DNA of 53,925 nt. Origin: Nanobdellota archaeon (GTDB taxonomy: Archaea > Nanobdellota > Nanobdellia > Woesearchaeales > WJIZ01). This document shows positions 41,817-51,188 of the stretch, in pieces. Location: the NCBI GenBank assembly GCA_030647105.1, contig JAUSJW010000100.1, forward strand, positions 1 to 53,925, in the 5' to 3' direction. The first letter of the stretch is position 1; each line of letters begins with the position of its first letter. The position numbers and the translations under genes are program-made. The notes below the pieces were generated by a model, which saw only the letters and a list, made by a program, of their open reading frames with translations, made no database searches and was not told the DNA's origin.

Positions 41817-41838
41817 TAGCCTCAGCTTTCCTTTTGCT

Positions 41839-41954
41839 TAGGACGGCCATAGGGGCTCGGCTCTACCTGTTCCCATTTCGAACACAGCAGTCAAGCGAGC
41901 TTCCGTTTTTGGTTGTACTGCTCTCTTGAGCGGGAACCCAGGAAAGCTGTCCTA
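41839..41954 (+). rRNA. rrf: 5S ribosomal RNA
   Basis: Terminal helix TAGGACGGC / GCTGTCCTA. Conserved blocks CCATAG, CCCATTTCGAAC, AGTCAAGC, GTTGTACTGC, GAGCGGGAACCC as in archaeal 5S. ~116 nt. T-rich tract follows. Confidence 0.85.
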
Positions 41955-41969
41955 CCTTTCTTTTCCTTT
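41955..41969 (+). terminator. oligo-T tract (CCTTTCTTTTCCTTT) immediately after 5S
   Basis: Archaeal terminators are oligo-T runs. A further T9 lies at 41992-42000. Confidence 0.5.
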
Positions 41970-42017
41970 AACACAAATGGGTTGACTTCTCTTTTTTTTT
42001 GATACCAGATAGGTCTA

Positions 42018-42057
42018 GGTGGGCACAATCTCATCATGCCCTTTGTTTGTGCCCACC
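42018..42057. other. 11-bp inverted repeat GGTGGGCACAA ... TTGTGCCCACC (18-nt loop) in the convergent gap
   Basis: Read directly. Ends 4 nt from the stop of the methyltransferase gene (42061). Confidence 0.5.
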
Positions 42058-42060
42058 CAC

Positions 42061-42636
42061 TTACTTCAGAACGCGTACACGTATAATCAGGCACTGGCCG
42101 AGCAAGAGGCTTTTCGGCATCGGCATCCTAAGCAAAGGAATCCAGCCGCGGTTCACGGTAACGCGTTCAACCTTGAAGAAATCCGGAACCTGCCACATAA
42201 AGAAGGGGTTGACATGTGAATTCCCGTCGTGCTCGTGCTTGTTGAATTCGATGAATTTGCCGGTGAGGAGGTACTTGAGCCGGTTGAAAAGGTTGCCGAT
42301 GTTGGGCGTTGAGAAGACGTAGACGCCGTCTTTCTTGAGGATGCGCCGCACTTCGCGCAGATAGAGGTATTTATTTTCGAGGTGCTCGATGACCTCTGTC
42401 GAGATGACTGCGTCGTACGTGTCAGACTTGAACGGGAGCGGGTTATTGAAATTCGCGATAGTCACTTTCCCGTCGAAGCGGTCCACGAGGTCTGCGTACT
42501 CGATATGCTTGAAACCCGTCGCGCGCAGCATCTTCACAACTTGCCCCGCTCCGCAGCCCAGGTCCACGATTCTCGCGTCTTTGGGTAGCCCTTTCAGGAG
42601 CGCGACCGCGGTCTCGTAGGTTTGTGGGTAGGCCAT
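42061..42636 (-). CDS. class I SAM-dependent methyltransferase
   Basis: Motif I IVDLGCGAGQ, DAVISTEVIEHL, GVYVFSTPN. Own TATA at 42661-42668. Confidence 0.85.
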   Translation of the reverse strand: MAYPQTYETAVALLKGLPKDARIVDLGCGAGQVVKMLRATGFKHIEYADLVDRFDGKVTIANFNNPLPFKSDTYDAVISTEVIEHLENKYLYLREVRRILKKDGVYVFSTPNIGNLFNRLKYLLTGKFIEFNKHEHDGNSHVNPFFMWQVPDFFKVERVTVNRGWIPLLRMPMPKSLLLGQCLIIRVRVLK

Positions 42637-42694
42637 TTCTTAGCTGAAAGTCGGGAACGGTTATATATTGCTTTCTCTTGATAGGGGTGCACTA

Positions 42695-43486
42695 CTACTT
42701 TACTGCCTTGATAGTCCAGCCGTTATACCGGGACAATACATTCATAACAGCGGCGAATGCCTTATTGATCTTATAGAACTTTTTTCCTAAGCTTGTGCCA
42801 TATCCTCGGTGGTTAAACGCCCTAGCGTTTGAGAACTCCGTGAAATACGCGAGAATCTCCTTTTTCCTGAACATCCGTACGATAGGGACATTGCCCTCCA
42901 CTTCCATATAGCGGTGCGCGAGCTGATTGAGATTTTCCTTTGGGAAATGACCTTGGATGAAGCCCCAGAGCGGGAACCAGAGATAATATTTCCAATCCTT
43001 GCCGTAGAACCACAAGATGGCTTTTCCACCTGGCTTGAGGACTCTATGGATTTCGCTCACGGCTTTTTTCATATCCGGAACGTGGTGGATGACCCCCATG
43101 CTGTACACCACGTCAAAGGTATCGTCTTTGAACGGCAGCTTTTCCGCGTTGGCGACTTGCAAATTCGCCTTGAGTTTTGCATCTTCGAATCGTTTCTTCG
43201 TGGTCTTGATTCCCGCTTTAGTAAGGTCGATTCCGTAACATTCCGCTCCGTGCTTAGCGAACTGCAGCAGGTCAGTTCCGACTCCGACGCCAATCTCTAG
43301 GACTTTTTTGCCTGAATGTTTTCTGAATTCCGCGGCAGTGTAGAGATAGGGAAAATAGGTGAGATATCTCTTGCGCACGATTTCTTCCCAATACGCGTCT
43401 GTCCCGTACTCTTTCTTGGAATACCAGCGCTGAGGCAGACGGGTTTCCCAATACGATTTAGAAACTTTGAGAATCCCCCTTGCCAT
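42695..43486 (-). CDS. class I SAM-dependent methyltransferase
   Basis: VLEIGVGVGTD, GIDLT, FDVVYSMGVIHHV, LKPGGKAIL. The ORF extends to 43501, but Met6 (43486) is 23 nt from the TATA at 43509-43516. Confidence 0.85.
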   Translation of the reverse strand: MARGILKVSKSYWETRLPQRWYSKKEYGTDAYWEEIVRKRYLTYFPYLYTAAEFRKHSGKKVLEIGVGVGTDLLQFAKHGAECYGIDLTKAGIKTTKKRFEDAKLKANLQVANAEKLPFKDDTFDVVYSMGVIHHVPDMKKAVSEIHRVLKPGGKAILWFYGKDWKYYLWFPLWGFIQGHFPKENLNQLAHRYMEVEGNVPIVRMFRKKEILAYFTEFSNARAFNHRGYGTSLGKKFYKINKAFAAVMNVLSRYNGWTIKAVK

Positions 43487-43507
43487 TTTCCCTGAAACCA
43501 TTCTCCC

Positions 43508-44305
43508 CTATAAAAAGACTCCCTTTGCGTCCTGAAGCGTGTGGATATGCTTCTCTTTCTCTGAACTCAAATGCCCGTTCAGCAATCCCCTGGAAGCGAG
43601 GCTCGGGAACACGTCTTTTTCGAGACTAGCTCCTGGCTGCTCGAGAATCGCTGGAGAAGCCATGAAGATGGGTGAGAAGACCAGGTAGATGTCGGATTGC
43701 TTGGGCTTTTGGGTGAACGCGAGAATCTTGTTACCCTCGACCTTGAGCGTGCCTTTCTCAGAGGGCTGCGAGGAAGTGGTCATGAGCAGCGTCGCGGCTG
43801 CGGAATTCTTGACCTGGTCTTTCCAGAGTTCCTCGAGGTTCACTTTGCTGAAGAGGAGGTCGCCGTAGACGACGAGGAACTCGGTCTCCACTTTGCCTTT
43901 GACAAGCCTTAAACTGTCAGCAGAGCCCTCTGACGTTTTCTCCTCAACATAGCTAACACGGACCCCGTAAAGCGAGCCGTCCCTCACGACGTGGAAGATG
44001 GCGCTGAGCGCGTTCTTGCGAGCGACGATAAAGATGTTCTTGAAGCCGGACTCGCGCAATTTTTCGAGCGCGTGCACAACGACTTCCTTGCCCTTCACCT
44101 TCGCAGTCATACGGTAGCCGTCGCCCAATCTGATGTGCTCTTCCGGTCCGCCCGCAAGGATTACTGCAGTTCTATTCGCGCCCAGAGCGGCCGAGACCAG
44201 ATGCTCGAAGGCCTGGCTCCGGTTGCGGATATGGAGATTGTCGACTATGGAATCGACTCCTTTGAGCAGGCCCTTGTCGATAGTGATAGAGATTTTCTCC
44301 TTCAT
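43508..44305 (-). CDS. ribbon-helix-helix domain fused to a sugar-nucleotidyltransferase-like (GT-A/NTP_transferase) domain
   Basis: N-terminal KISITIDKGLLKGVDSIV...RNRSQAFEHLVSAAL (RHH). Then AVILAGGPEEHIRLGDGYRM...GKEVVVHAL, VVYGDLLF, with an atypical nucleotide-binding signature. Confidence 0.7.
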   Translation of the reverse strand: MKEKISITIDKGLLKGVDSIVDNLHIRNRSQAFEHLVSAALGANRTAVILAGGPEEHIRLGDGYRMTAKVKGKEVVVHALEKLRESGFKNIFIVARKNALSAIFHVVRDGSLYGVRVSYVEEKTSEGSADSLRLVKGKVETEFLVVYGDLLFSKVNLEELWKDQVKNSAAATLLMTTSSQPSEKGTLKVEGNKILAFTQKPKQSDIYLVFSPIFMASPAILEQPGASLEKDVFPSLASRGLLNGHLSSEKEKHIHTLQDAKGVFL

Positions 44306-44320
44306 GAGCCCGAAAAGAGG

Positions 44321-44346
44321 TATGCGCTATATAAAATTATCGCATA
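44321..44346. promoter_or_regulatory. inverted repeat TATGCG-N14-CGCATA bracketing the TATA box (44328-44335) of the RHH-NTP gene
   Basis: Read directly. TATATAAA is 23 nt from ATG 44305. Confidence 0.45.
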
Positions 44347-44365
44347 AAGTAGGATAAGGGTAAGA

Positions 44366-44373
44366 TATTTAAA
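44366..44373 (+). promoter_or_regulatory. TATA box for the ugd operon
   Basis: TATTTAAA, 26 nt upstream of ATG 44399. Confidence 0.6.
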
Positions 44374-44398
44374 GCGCGTGCCCTTTTTCAGTCCTACA

Positions 44399-45691
44399 AT
44401 GAACATCGCAGTCATCGGTTCGGGTTACGTCGGTCTCGTAGCGGGAGCCTGCCTCGCGGAGATGGGAAACGAAGTCATGCTCGTTGACATCGACCAGAAA
44501 AAGGTCGACCTACTGAACTCGGGCAAGGTTCCGATTTATGAGCCAGGGCTGGAAGAGACACTCAAGAAAAATAAGAAAAAAATCACGTTCACAACCGACA
44601 TTAAGGCAGCCATCGAGAAAAGTCTCGCTATCTTTATCGCCGTCGGCACTCCACCGGGGAAGAACCATGAAGCTGACTTATCCGCGGTCAAGGCTGTCGC
44701 GAAGACCATTGGCCAGCACATGAACGGCTATAAAGTTATTATCGACAAGAGCACCGTGCCGGTCGGAACCGCTGACCTGGTCGCGAAGATAATCAAGGAA
44801 AATCAAACAACGCCCGTTGAGTTTGACGTCGTTTCCAACCCTGAATTCCTGCGGGAGGGGGAGGCAATCAACGACTTCCTCGTGCCCGACAGAATTGTTG
44901 TCGGATGCTCCACCGAGAAAGCGAAGAAAACGCTCGAAGATTTGTACAAGGGCATCGCGCGGACGGACAGGCCGATTCTCTTCTGCGACGTGCGGAGCGC
45001 GGAGATGATAAAATACGCGAGCAACGCGATGCTGGCGACGAGAATCAGCTTCATGAACGAAATCGCGCAGCTCTGCGAGAAGCTCGGCGCGGACGTCAAG
45101 ATGGTCGCGAAGGGCATGGGCCTGGATTCCAGAATCGGCCCGCGCTTCCTGCAGGCCGGCGTCGGATACGGCGGAAGCTGCTTTCCAAAAGACGTGCAAG
45201 CGTTGTTGCAGACGATGCGGCAAAATGGTGTGCCAGGGACAATTCTGCAAGCGGTAGAAGCCGTCAACGCGGAGCAGAAGCAGAGCTTGCTTCCCAAAAT
45301 CAAGAACCTCGTTCCTCAGCTCAAGGGCAAGCGTGTCGCGGTGTGGGGGCTCGCGTTCAAGCCCAAGACAGACGATATGCGCGAAGCGCCTTCTCTTGTT
45401 GTCATCGAACAGCTCCTTAAAGAGGGAGCGTGTGTTGTCGCGTATGACCCCGAAGCGGAGGCAGTCGCGAAGAAGCTGCTCCCTTCCATCGAATACGCTC
45501 AGGATCCGTATGAAACGCTCAAAGGGGCTGACTGCCTCGTGATTGTCACCGAGTGGAACGCGTTTAGGGATTTAGACAAGCAGAAGATGAAACGGCTCAT
45601 GAACTCGCCAGTCATCGTCGACGGCAGAAACGTCTATGAGCCGGGCGAGATGCGCGAGCACGGATTTTCCTACATCGGGGTGGGCAGATGA
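44399..45691 (+). CDS. ugd: UDP-glucose (or UDP-GlcNAc) 6-dehydrogenase
   Basis: MNIAVIGSGYVGLVAGACLA, NPEFLREG, catalytic GYGGSCFPKD, GLAFKPKTDDMREAP. The ORF track begins at GTG 44378; the ATG at 44399 fits the homologous N-terminus. Confidence 0.92.
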   Translation: MNIAVIGSGYVGLVAGACLAEMGNEVMLVDIDQKKVDLLNSGKVPIYEPGLEETLKKNKKKITFTTDIKAAIEKSLAIFIAVGTPPGKNHEADLSAVKAVAKTIGQHMNGYKVIIDKSTVPVGTADLVAKIIKENQTTPVEFDVVSNPEFLREGEAINDFLVPDRIVVGCSTEKAKKTLEDLYKGIARTDRPILFCDVRSAEMIKYASNAMLATRISFMNEIAQLCEKLGADVKMVAKGMGLDSRIGPRFLQAGVGYGGSCFPKDVQALLQTMRQNGVPGTILQAVEAVNAEQKQSLLPKIKNLVPQLKGKRVAVWGLAFKPKTDDMREAPSLVVIEQLLKEGACVVAYDPEAEAVAKKLLPSIEYAQDPYETLKGADCLVIVTEWNAFRDLDKQKMKRLMNSPVIVDGRNVYEPGEMREHGFSYIGVGR

Positions 45692-46413
45692 AAGCGATTT
45701 TACTCTGCGCTGGCTACGCGACACGGCTGTATCCCTTAACGGAGAAAACGCCCAAGCCGCTGCTTCCTGTTGGCGGCAAGCCGATTCTCGAGCACATTCT
45801 CGAAAAGGTCTTCAAAATTCCCGGAGTGACAGAAGCAGTCATCGTGACCAACAGCAAGTTCTTTCCGCACTTCCAGGAATGGAAGAAGGGAAAACCCTGG
45901 CGCCTCACGATTCTCAATGATGGCACGCACTCCAATGAGGACAGAAAAGGCGCATTGGGCGATTTGCAGTTCGCTCTCGACTCTTTGAAAATCGCCGACG
46001 ACTGCCTGGTCATCGCCGGCGACAATTTGTTTTCATTTTCTTTGCAGAGCATGGTCGACTGTTCCAAGCAGAAGCGCGCCGCCGTGGTCACACTGTACGA
46101 TGTTCAGGAGTTGGAACTGGCGAAGCTCTACGGCATCGTCAAGATTGACACTTCCGGAAAGATTATCGATTTCCACGAGAAGCCTGAACACCCGACATCC
46201 ACACTGAGCAGCACCGGCGTCTATTTGTATCCGCACGCCTCACTCGCGAAACTCAAAACGTTCCTTGCCGAAGGTGGCAAGCACGACAAGTCTGGAGATT
46301 TCCTGGAGTGGCTGTATACGCGCGAACCTGTGTATGGCCTCGTGACGACCGAGCGCTGGTACGATATCGGGTCCTTAGAGCAGCTTGAAGAGGCGCGGAG
46401 GGCGTTCCCATGA
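45688..46413 (+). CDS. sugar-1-phosphate nucleotidylyltransferase
   Basis: [43 protein letters not shown]. 4-nt overlaps on both sides. Confidence 0.88.
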   Translation: MKAILLCAGYATRLYPLTEKTPKPLLPVGGKPILEHILEKVFKIPGVTEAVIVTNSKFFPHFQEWKKGKPWRLTILNDGTHSNEDRKGALGDLQFALDSLKIADDCLVIAGDNLFSFSLQSMVDCSKQKRAAVVTLYDVQELELAKLYGIVKIDTSGKIIDFHEKPEHPTSTLSSTGVYLYPHASLAKLKTFLAEGGKHDKSGDFLEWLYTREPVYGLVTTERWYDIGSLEQLEEARRAFP

Positions 46414-47333
46414 AAACCGCGCTTGTCACAGGTGGAGCTGGATTTTTGGGCAGCCATCTCTGCGACGCGCTTATCAAGGACCATCGGGTCATCTGCGTTG
46501 ATAACCTCTTCACGGGCTCCACCAAGAACGTCGAGCATCTCTTGAAACATCCTCAGTTCAAACTCATCAAGCACGACATCATCCAGCCGCTGGCCATTGA
46601 CGAGAAGATTGATTTCATCTACAACCTTGCGTGCCCCGCGTCGCCGGTGCACTACCAGTTCAACGCTATTAGGACAATTAAAGCGAATGTCCTGGGAACG
46701 ATGAACATGCTCGGGCTGGCAAAGAAGCATGGCGCCCGCATCCTGCAGGCGAGCACTTCCGAAGTGTATGGCGACCCGCTGGAGCATCCGCAGAAGGAAA
46801 CGTACCGAGGCAACGTCAATCCCATTGGAATTCGGGCGTGCTACGACGAAGGCAAGCGATGCGCCGAGACCTTGATGTTTGACTATCACCGCCAAAACGG
46901 TGTTGACATCCGAGTGATTCGCATCTTCAACACCTACGGGCCGCGGATGGCGGCGAACGATGGAAGAGTTGTCTCCAACTTTATTGTACAGGCGCTCAAG
47001 GGCGAGGACATCACAATCTATGGTGACGGTACGCAGACCCGAAGCTTCTGCTATGTCTCGGATTTGATTGACGGCATCGTGAAGATGATGCATCAGGGCT
47101 ACATCGGACCGGTCAATTTAGGAAATCAGGAAGAATATACGGTTCTGGAGCTCGCTCAAAAGATTATCGCGCTTTCCGGAAGCAAGTCCAAGGTCGTCCA
47201 CAAGCCGCTGCCGCTCGACGACCCTACAAAACGCAGACCGGACATCACGCTCGCGAAAAAGCATCTCGGATGGAAGCCGACGACTCAGGTCGATGAGGGC
47301 CTGAAGAAGACGATTGTGTGGTTCAAAGAGTAG
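46410..47333 (+). CDS. UDP-glucuronate decarboxylase (UDP-xylose synthase-like extended SDR)
   Basis: [37 protein letters not shown] (YxxxK), IFNTYGPRM. Confidence 0.9.
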   Translation: MKTALVTGGAGFLGSHLCDALIKDHRVICVDNLFTGSTKNVEHLLKHPQFKLIKHDIIQPLAIDEKIDFIYNLACPASPVHYQFNAIRTIKANVLGTMNMLGLAKKHGARILQASTSEVYGDPLEHPQKETYRGNVNPIGIRACYDEGKRCAETLMFDYHRQNGVDIRVIRIFNTYGPRMAANDGRVVSNFIVQALKGEDITIYGDGTQTRSFCYVSDLIDGIVKMMHQGYIGPVNLGNQEEYTVLELAQKIIALSGSKSKVVHKPLPLDDPTKRRPDITLAKKHLGWKPTTQVDEGLKKTIVWFKE

Positions 47334-47362
47334 GGGTAGCGCTTTCTTCTGATGCAACAACC

Positions 47363-47370
47363 TTTATATA
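47363..47370 (+). promoter_or_regulatory. TATA box for the WbpB/D/E-like operon
   Basis: TTTATATA, 23 nt upstream of ATG 47393. Confidence 0.7.
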
Positions 47371-47392
47371 TCTCTCCGGGTTTTGAAGCGCT

Positions 47393-48334
47393 ATGAAAGT
47401 CGGCGTCATTGGATCGGGGGACTGGGGTAAAAACCACCTTAGAATCTACTCAGGGCTCGACTGCGAGCTTGCGGGGCTTGCGGACATCAATCCGGAGCGC
47501 AGAAAGCTCGCTGACCACTATGGCATCCCGTTCTTCACTGATTACAAGGAGATGCTTAAGAAGGTGGACGCTGTCTCGGTTGTCGTTCCTACTGACCTGC
47601 ATTACCGCGTTGTGAAAGACTGTTTGAACGCTGGGGTGCACGTATTGGTTGAGAAGCCCATCACCAACGACGCGGCTTCCGCGAAAGAACTGATTGAGCT
47701 CGCGAAGAAAAAGAAGCTCGTCCTCGCCGTTGGCTACCTGTTCCGGTTCAACGCCGCGGTCAAGAAAGTGAAAGAGGAGCTCAAGACTATCGGCGATATT
47801 CAGTATATCACCGGCCGCTACATCCATTCCAACAAGCCGCCGAGAAAGGACTCCGGAGTCATCTTCAACTTCGGCGTGCACCTCGTGGACATTCTGAATT
47901 ACATCTTGACAGACAGGCCAAAAAAGGTCTTTTGCACGAGCACGTACTCTCTTTCCAAAGAGCGGGAAGACGCCGCGGTCATTACGTTAGATTACGGAGC
48001 CTACTTCGCTTCGCTTGAGATGAGTTGGCTGCACCCCCTAAAGAAGCGCGACTTCTGGATTGTTGGCAGGAAGGCGAAGCTCTACGCGGATTTGTTTGAG
48101 CAGATTGTTATCCGCTACCCAATTGAAGTCGGCGCGGACAAGACGACCGCCTCACCTGAAGTCAACCTCGAAGTCAACAAAAACGAGCCGCTGCAAGCTG
48201 AATTGCAGGCGTTCCTAAACGCGATTAAGAAGGGCGGCAACGGTGTCTTCGAGGGCAATGAAGAGCTGTTCACAACCCGGATTTGCGAGCTTGCCGAGAA
48301 GTCGAGCAAGGAGCACAAGGAGATAGCGATATGA
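47393..48334 (+). CDS. Gfo/Idh/MocA-family sugar-nucleotide oxidoreductase (WbpB-like)
   Basis: VGVIGSGDWGKNH, HVLVEKP, GYLFRFN. Confidence 0.85.
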   Translation: MKVGVIGSGDWGKNHLRIYSGLDCELAGLADINPERRKLADHYGIPFFTDYKEMLKKVDAVSVVVPTDLHYRVVKDCLNAGVHVLVEKPITNDAASAKELIELAKKKKLVLAVGYLFRFNAAVKKVKEELKTIGDIQYITGRYIHSNKPPRKDSGVIFNFGVHLVDILNYILTDRPKKVFCTSTYSLSKEREDAAVITLDYGAYFASLEMSWLHPLKKRDFWIVGRKAKLYADLFEQIVIRYPIEVGADKTTASPEVNLEVNKNEPLQAELQAFLNAIKKGGNGVFEGNEELFTTRICELAEKSSKEHKEIAI

Positions 48335-48906
48335 AACTCGGCAAGCGCTGTGTCGTTGACGAGCTTTGCTCTATTGATGTCCAGCCTAAGGGCGGCGACC
48401 ATAAGGAAACTATTCTTGGAGATGACTCCCATATTCGTTCCCATACGGTCCTCTACGCCGGCAATGTTATCGGCAAGCGCTTCCAGACCGGGCATGGTGC
48501 CTTGATTCGGGAAGAAAACACCATTGGCGATGACGTCAGCGTGGGAAGCCACAGTGTGGTCGAACACCACGTGAAAATTGGCAAGGGGGTCCGGATTCAC
48601 TCGCAAGCTTTTGTTCCCGAGTTCAGCGTCTTGAAAGAGGGGTGCTGGATTGGCCCGAATGTGGTCTTAACCAACGCTCTGTATCCTAAGTCTAAAGACG
48701 CCAAGAAAAATTTGAAAGGCGTTGTCGTTGAGGAGAACGCTAAAATCGGCGCGAACTCCACAGTTCTGCCCGGTGTTGTCATCGGCAAGAATTCACTCGT
48801 AGGAGCGGGAAGTGTAGTTGTGAGAGACGTACCTCCCAACACGGTGGTTGTCGGCAGCCCTGCCCGCGTCATCAAAAAGATTTCGGAGCTGAAGGCGTAT
48901 GGATAA
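48331..48906 (+). CDS. left-handed beta-helix (hexapeptide) N-acetyltransferase (WbpD-like)
   Basis: Hexapeptide repeats IGDDVSVGSHSVVEHHVKIGKGVRI and IGANSTVLPGVVIGKNSLVGAGSVV. The ATG at 48331 overlaps the upstream stop (ATGA). Confidence 0.85.
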   Translation: MKLGKRCVVDELCSIDVQPKGGDHKETILGDDSHIRSHTVLYAGNVIGKRFQTGHGALIREENTIGDDVSVGSHSVVEHHVKIGKGVRIHSQAFVPEFSVLKEGCWIGPNVVLTNALYPKSKDAKKNLKGVVVEENAKIGANSTVLPGVVIGKNSLVGAGSVVVRDVPPNTVVVGSPARVIKKISELKAYG

Positions 48907-50008
48907 GCTACCCCTTGTTGATTTGCAGGCGCAGTACCGCGGCATCAAGAAAGAAGTGGACGCAGCTATCCAGAATATTCTTGATACTACTCAGTTTATC
49001 GGCGGTGCCGCGCTTACTCAATTTGAGCAGCGCTTCGCCCAGTATTGCGGCAAGAAAAAATCAGTGGGGGTAAGCAACGGCACTTCCGCGCTCTACGTCG
49101 CGCTCAAGATGCTGGGTGTCGGAAAAGGCGATGAGGTCATCACGGTTCCCAATACCTTTATCGCCACCAGCGAAGTCATCAACGAGCTGGGCGCCTCGGT
49201 GAAGTTTGTTGATGTGGAAGCGGACACCGCGTTGATGAATCCTGAGCTCCTCAAAAAGGCGATTACCCCAAAAACCAAAGTCATCCTCCCTGTGCACCTC
49301 TACGGGCAGCCGTGCGACATGAAGGCTATTAGCGATATAGCCACGGACAAGAACGTTGCGATTGTCGAGGACGCCGCCCAGGCGCATGGAGCGCGGCAGA
49401 ACGGCAAGCGGGTTCCGGTGACGGACATCGGCTGCTTCAGTTTTTATCCGGGGAAAAATCTCGGGGCTTACGGAGACGCGGGAGCGATTGTGTGCGGGAA
49501 TGAGGAGTTCGCTTTGAAGTGCGAGCGATTCGTCAACCACGGCAGAAATCCCGGAGAAAAATACCTGCATCACACGTTAGGCTCCAATTACCGTATGGAC
49601 ACCCTGCAGGCGGCAGTGCTCGACGTCAAATTGAAGCATCTCGACTCGTGGACGCAGAAACGAAGGCAAACTGCGAAGTGGTACGACGGCCTCCTGAAAG
49701 GCGTCAAGACGATTACCGAGCGCAAAGGAAACGAGTCAGTCTACCATCTGTATGTTATCCAATCCGAAAATAGGCAGGGCCTTCTGGAACACCTCCACAA
49801 GCAGGGCATCCAGGCAGGCGTGCACTATCCAGTTCCCTTGCATATGCAGCCGAGCTACGCCTACCTCGGCCTGAAGAATGGAAGCTTCCCTGTGGCCGAG
49901 AAGCTGTGCTCCACCTGTGTTTCCCTGCCTCTTTATCCCGAGCTCACCCGTGAACAGGTGGAGTTTGTCGCGGAGCAGGTGATGGCATTTGAGAGTTCTC
50001 GTCCTTAG
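48899..50008 (+). CDS. DegT/DnrJ/EryC1/StrS-family PLP aminotransferase (WbpE-like)
   Basis: FIGGAALTQFEQRFA, GVSNGTSAL, EDAAQAHG, SFYPGKNLG (PLP Lys), YHLYVI. Confidence 0.92.
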   Translation: MDKLPLVDLQAQYRGIKKEVDAAIQNILDTTQFIGGAALTQFEQRFAQYCGKKKSVGVSNGTSALYVALKMLGVGKGDEVITVPNTFIATSEVINELGASVKFVDVEADTALMNPELLKKAITPKTKVILPVHLYGQPCDMKAISDIATDKNVAIVEDAAQAHGARQNGKRVPVTDIGCFSFYPGKNLGAYGDAGAIVCGNEEFALKCERFVNHGRNPGEKYLHHTLGSNYRMDTLQAAVLDVKLKHLDSWTQKRRQTAKWYDGLLKGVKTITERKGNESVYHLYVIQSENRQGLLEHLHKQGIQAGVHYPVPLHMQPSYAYLGLKNGSFPVAEKLCSTCVSLPLYPELTREQVEFVAEQVMAFESSRP

Positions 50009-51188
50009 CCCCTCTTACCCGAGGAGCGAAACGGACACTAGAGTCGCGTTCGTGCGCGCTTTTGTCAAGGAGCTGACTAAAGAGAAGAACATCGACGTCG
50101 AGATTGTTACGAGCTCAGCGCCGGATAGCGCCCCTCTTTTTCAGGTGATGGACAAGGCGAAGATTTACCGCTTCAATTACTTCTTTCCGCGGTCGATGCA
50201 GCGATTGACCTATACTCCTTCCGGCGGCATGCTCGAGAGCTTCCGAACGAGTGTTCTCGCGAAACTGCAGGCGCCGCTTTTTCTCAAGTTCTTCTTCTGG
50301 AAAGCGCTGAAGCATGCTAAGCGCTGCGACGTGATTCATGCGCAATGGCTGCTCTCGGGATTTGTCGGCGTGTTCCTGAAGAAGCTGTACAAGAAGCCGC
50401 TAATTTGCGAGGTGCGCGGGGCTGACTTGCGGAGCATGCCGGCGTGGTTCATCCGCTTTACCTTGAAGCATGCTGACCATGTGATATCGTGGACACCTGA
50501 GATGACTGATTTGCTGCACAAGCACGGGAGAACGCGCAACATTCACGACATCAAAGGCATGATTGATTTCGAGAAGCTTGAGAGCGCTTCAGGCGTTGAG
50601 ACGTTCAAGAAAGAAGTGAATCCCGGCGGAAAATTCCTCGTGACATTCCTCGGCCGGATGGTGTACATGAAGAATCCTCTTGCCTTCATCCGCGCGATTC
50701 CCTATGTTGTCGCGAAAGACAAGAACGTGCAGTTCATCATGGCGGGCGACGGAGCATTGGTTCCGGACGCCTGGAAACTCGCGGAGAAGCTCGGAGTAAA
50801 GGAGCGCGTCACGATTCTCGGACCCCGGAGTGACGTCAACGCGATTCTGCGCAACACGGATGTGTTTGTCGGTTTGAGTCCCCTCTGCCACACCTATTCC
50901 GCCACAATCATGGAAGCAATGTATCTCGGAGTGCCGTGCGTCTTGGACACGCCTCCTTACACGCGCGAGGCGTTCACGCATAAGAAGTATGCGTATCTTG
51001 TGCCGTCTGACGACCCGAAGAAGCTGGCTGAGGCCATCCTACTCGTGAAGAACGATAAGAAGCTGCGAGAAACGCTTTCTCAGAACGGACCCACATTGGT
51101 CAAATCGCTAGGATTTGAGAAGAAGGAAATTATCCGGAAGACGGTTGAGCTGTATAAGAAGGCCATTACAGAAGCGCGTCAATCTTAA
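49989..51188 (+). CDS. family 4 (GT-B) glycosyltransferase
   Basis: MRVLVLSPSYP, FLGRMVYMKNP, E-x7-E region TIMEAMYLGVPCV. TTG start overlapping the end of the aminotransferase gene. Confidence 0.82.
   Translation: MRVLVLSPSYPRSETDTRVAFVRAFVKELTKEKNIDVEIVTSSAPDSAPLFQVMDKAKIYRFNYFFPRSMQRLTYTPSGGMLESFRTSVLAKLQAPLFLKFFFWKALKHAKRCDVIHAQWLLSGFVGVFLKKLYKKPLICEVRGADLRSMPAWFIRFTLKHADHVISWTPEMTDLLHKHGRTRNIHDIKGMIDFEKLESASGVETFKKEVNPGGKFLVTFLGRMVYMKNPLAFIRAIPYVVAKDKNVQFIMAGDGALVPDAWKLAEKLGVKERVTILGPRSDVNAILRNTDVFVGLSPLCHTYSATIMEAMYLGVPCVLDTPPYTREAFTHKKYAYLVPSDDPKKLAEAILLVKNDKKLRETLSQNGPTLVKSLGFEKKEIIRKTVELYKKAITEARQS

Noticed and set aside
41626-42094. ORFs 41626-41850 (minus) and 41891-42094 (minus) from the track.
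   Set aside because: They overlap the 5S rRNA gene and its flanks. The 5S call explains the conservation-like sequence, and neither ORF has a promoter.
46221-47093. 290-aa minus-strand ORF antisense to the UDP-GlucA decarboxylase gene.
   Set aside because: The plus-strand gene has unmistakable extended-SDR motifs. The antisense product is Arg/Val/Ala-rich with no recognisable motif and no TATA or start context. This is typical stop-poor antisense frame noise in a ~55-60% GC gene.
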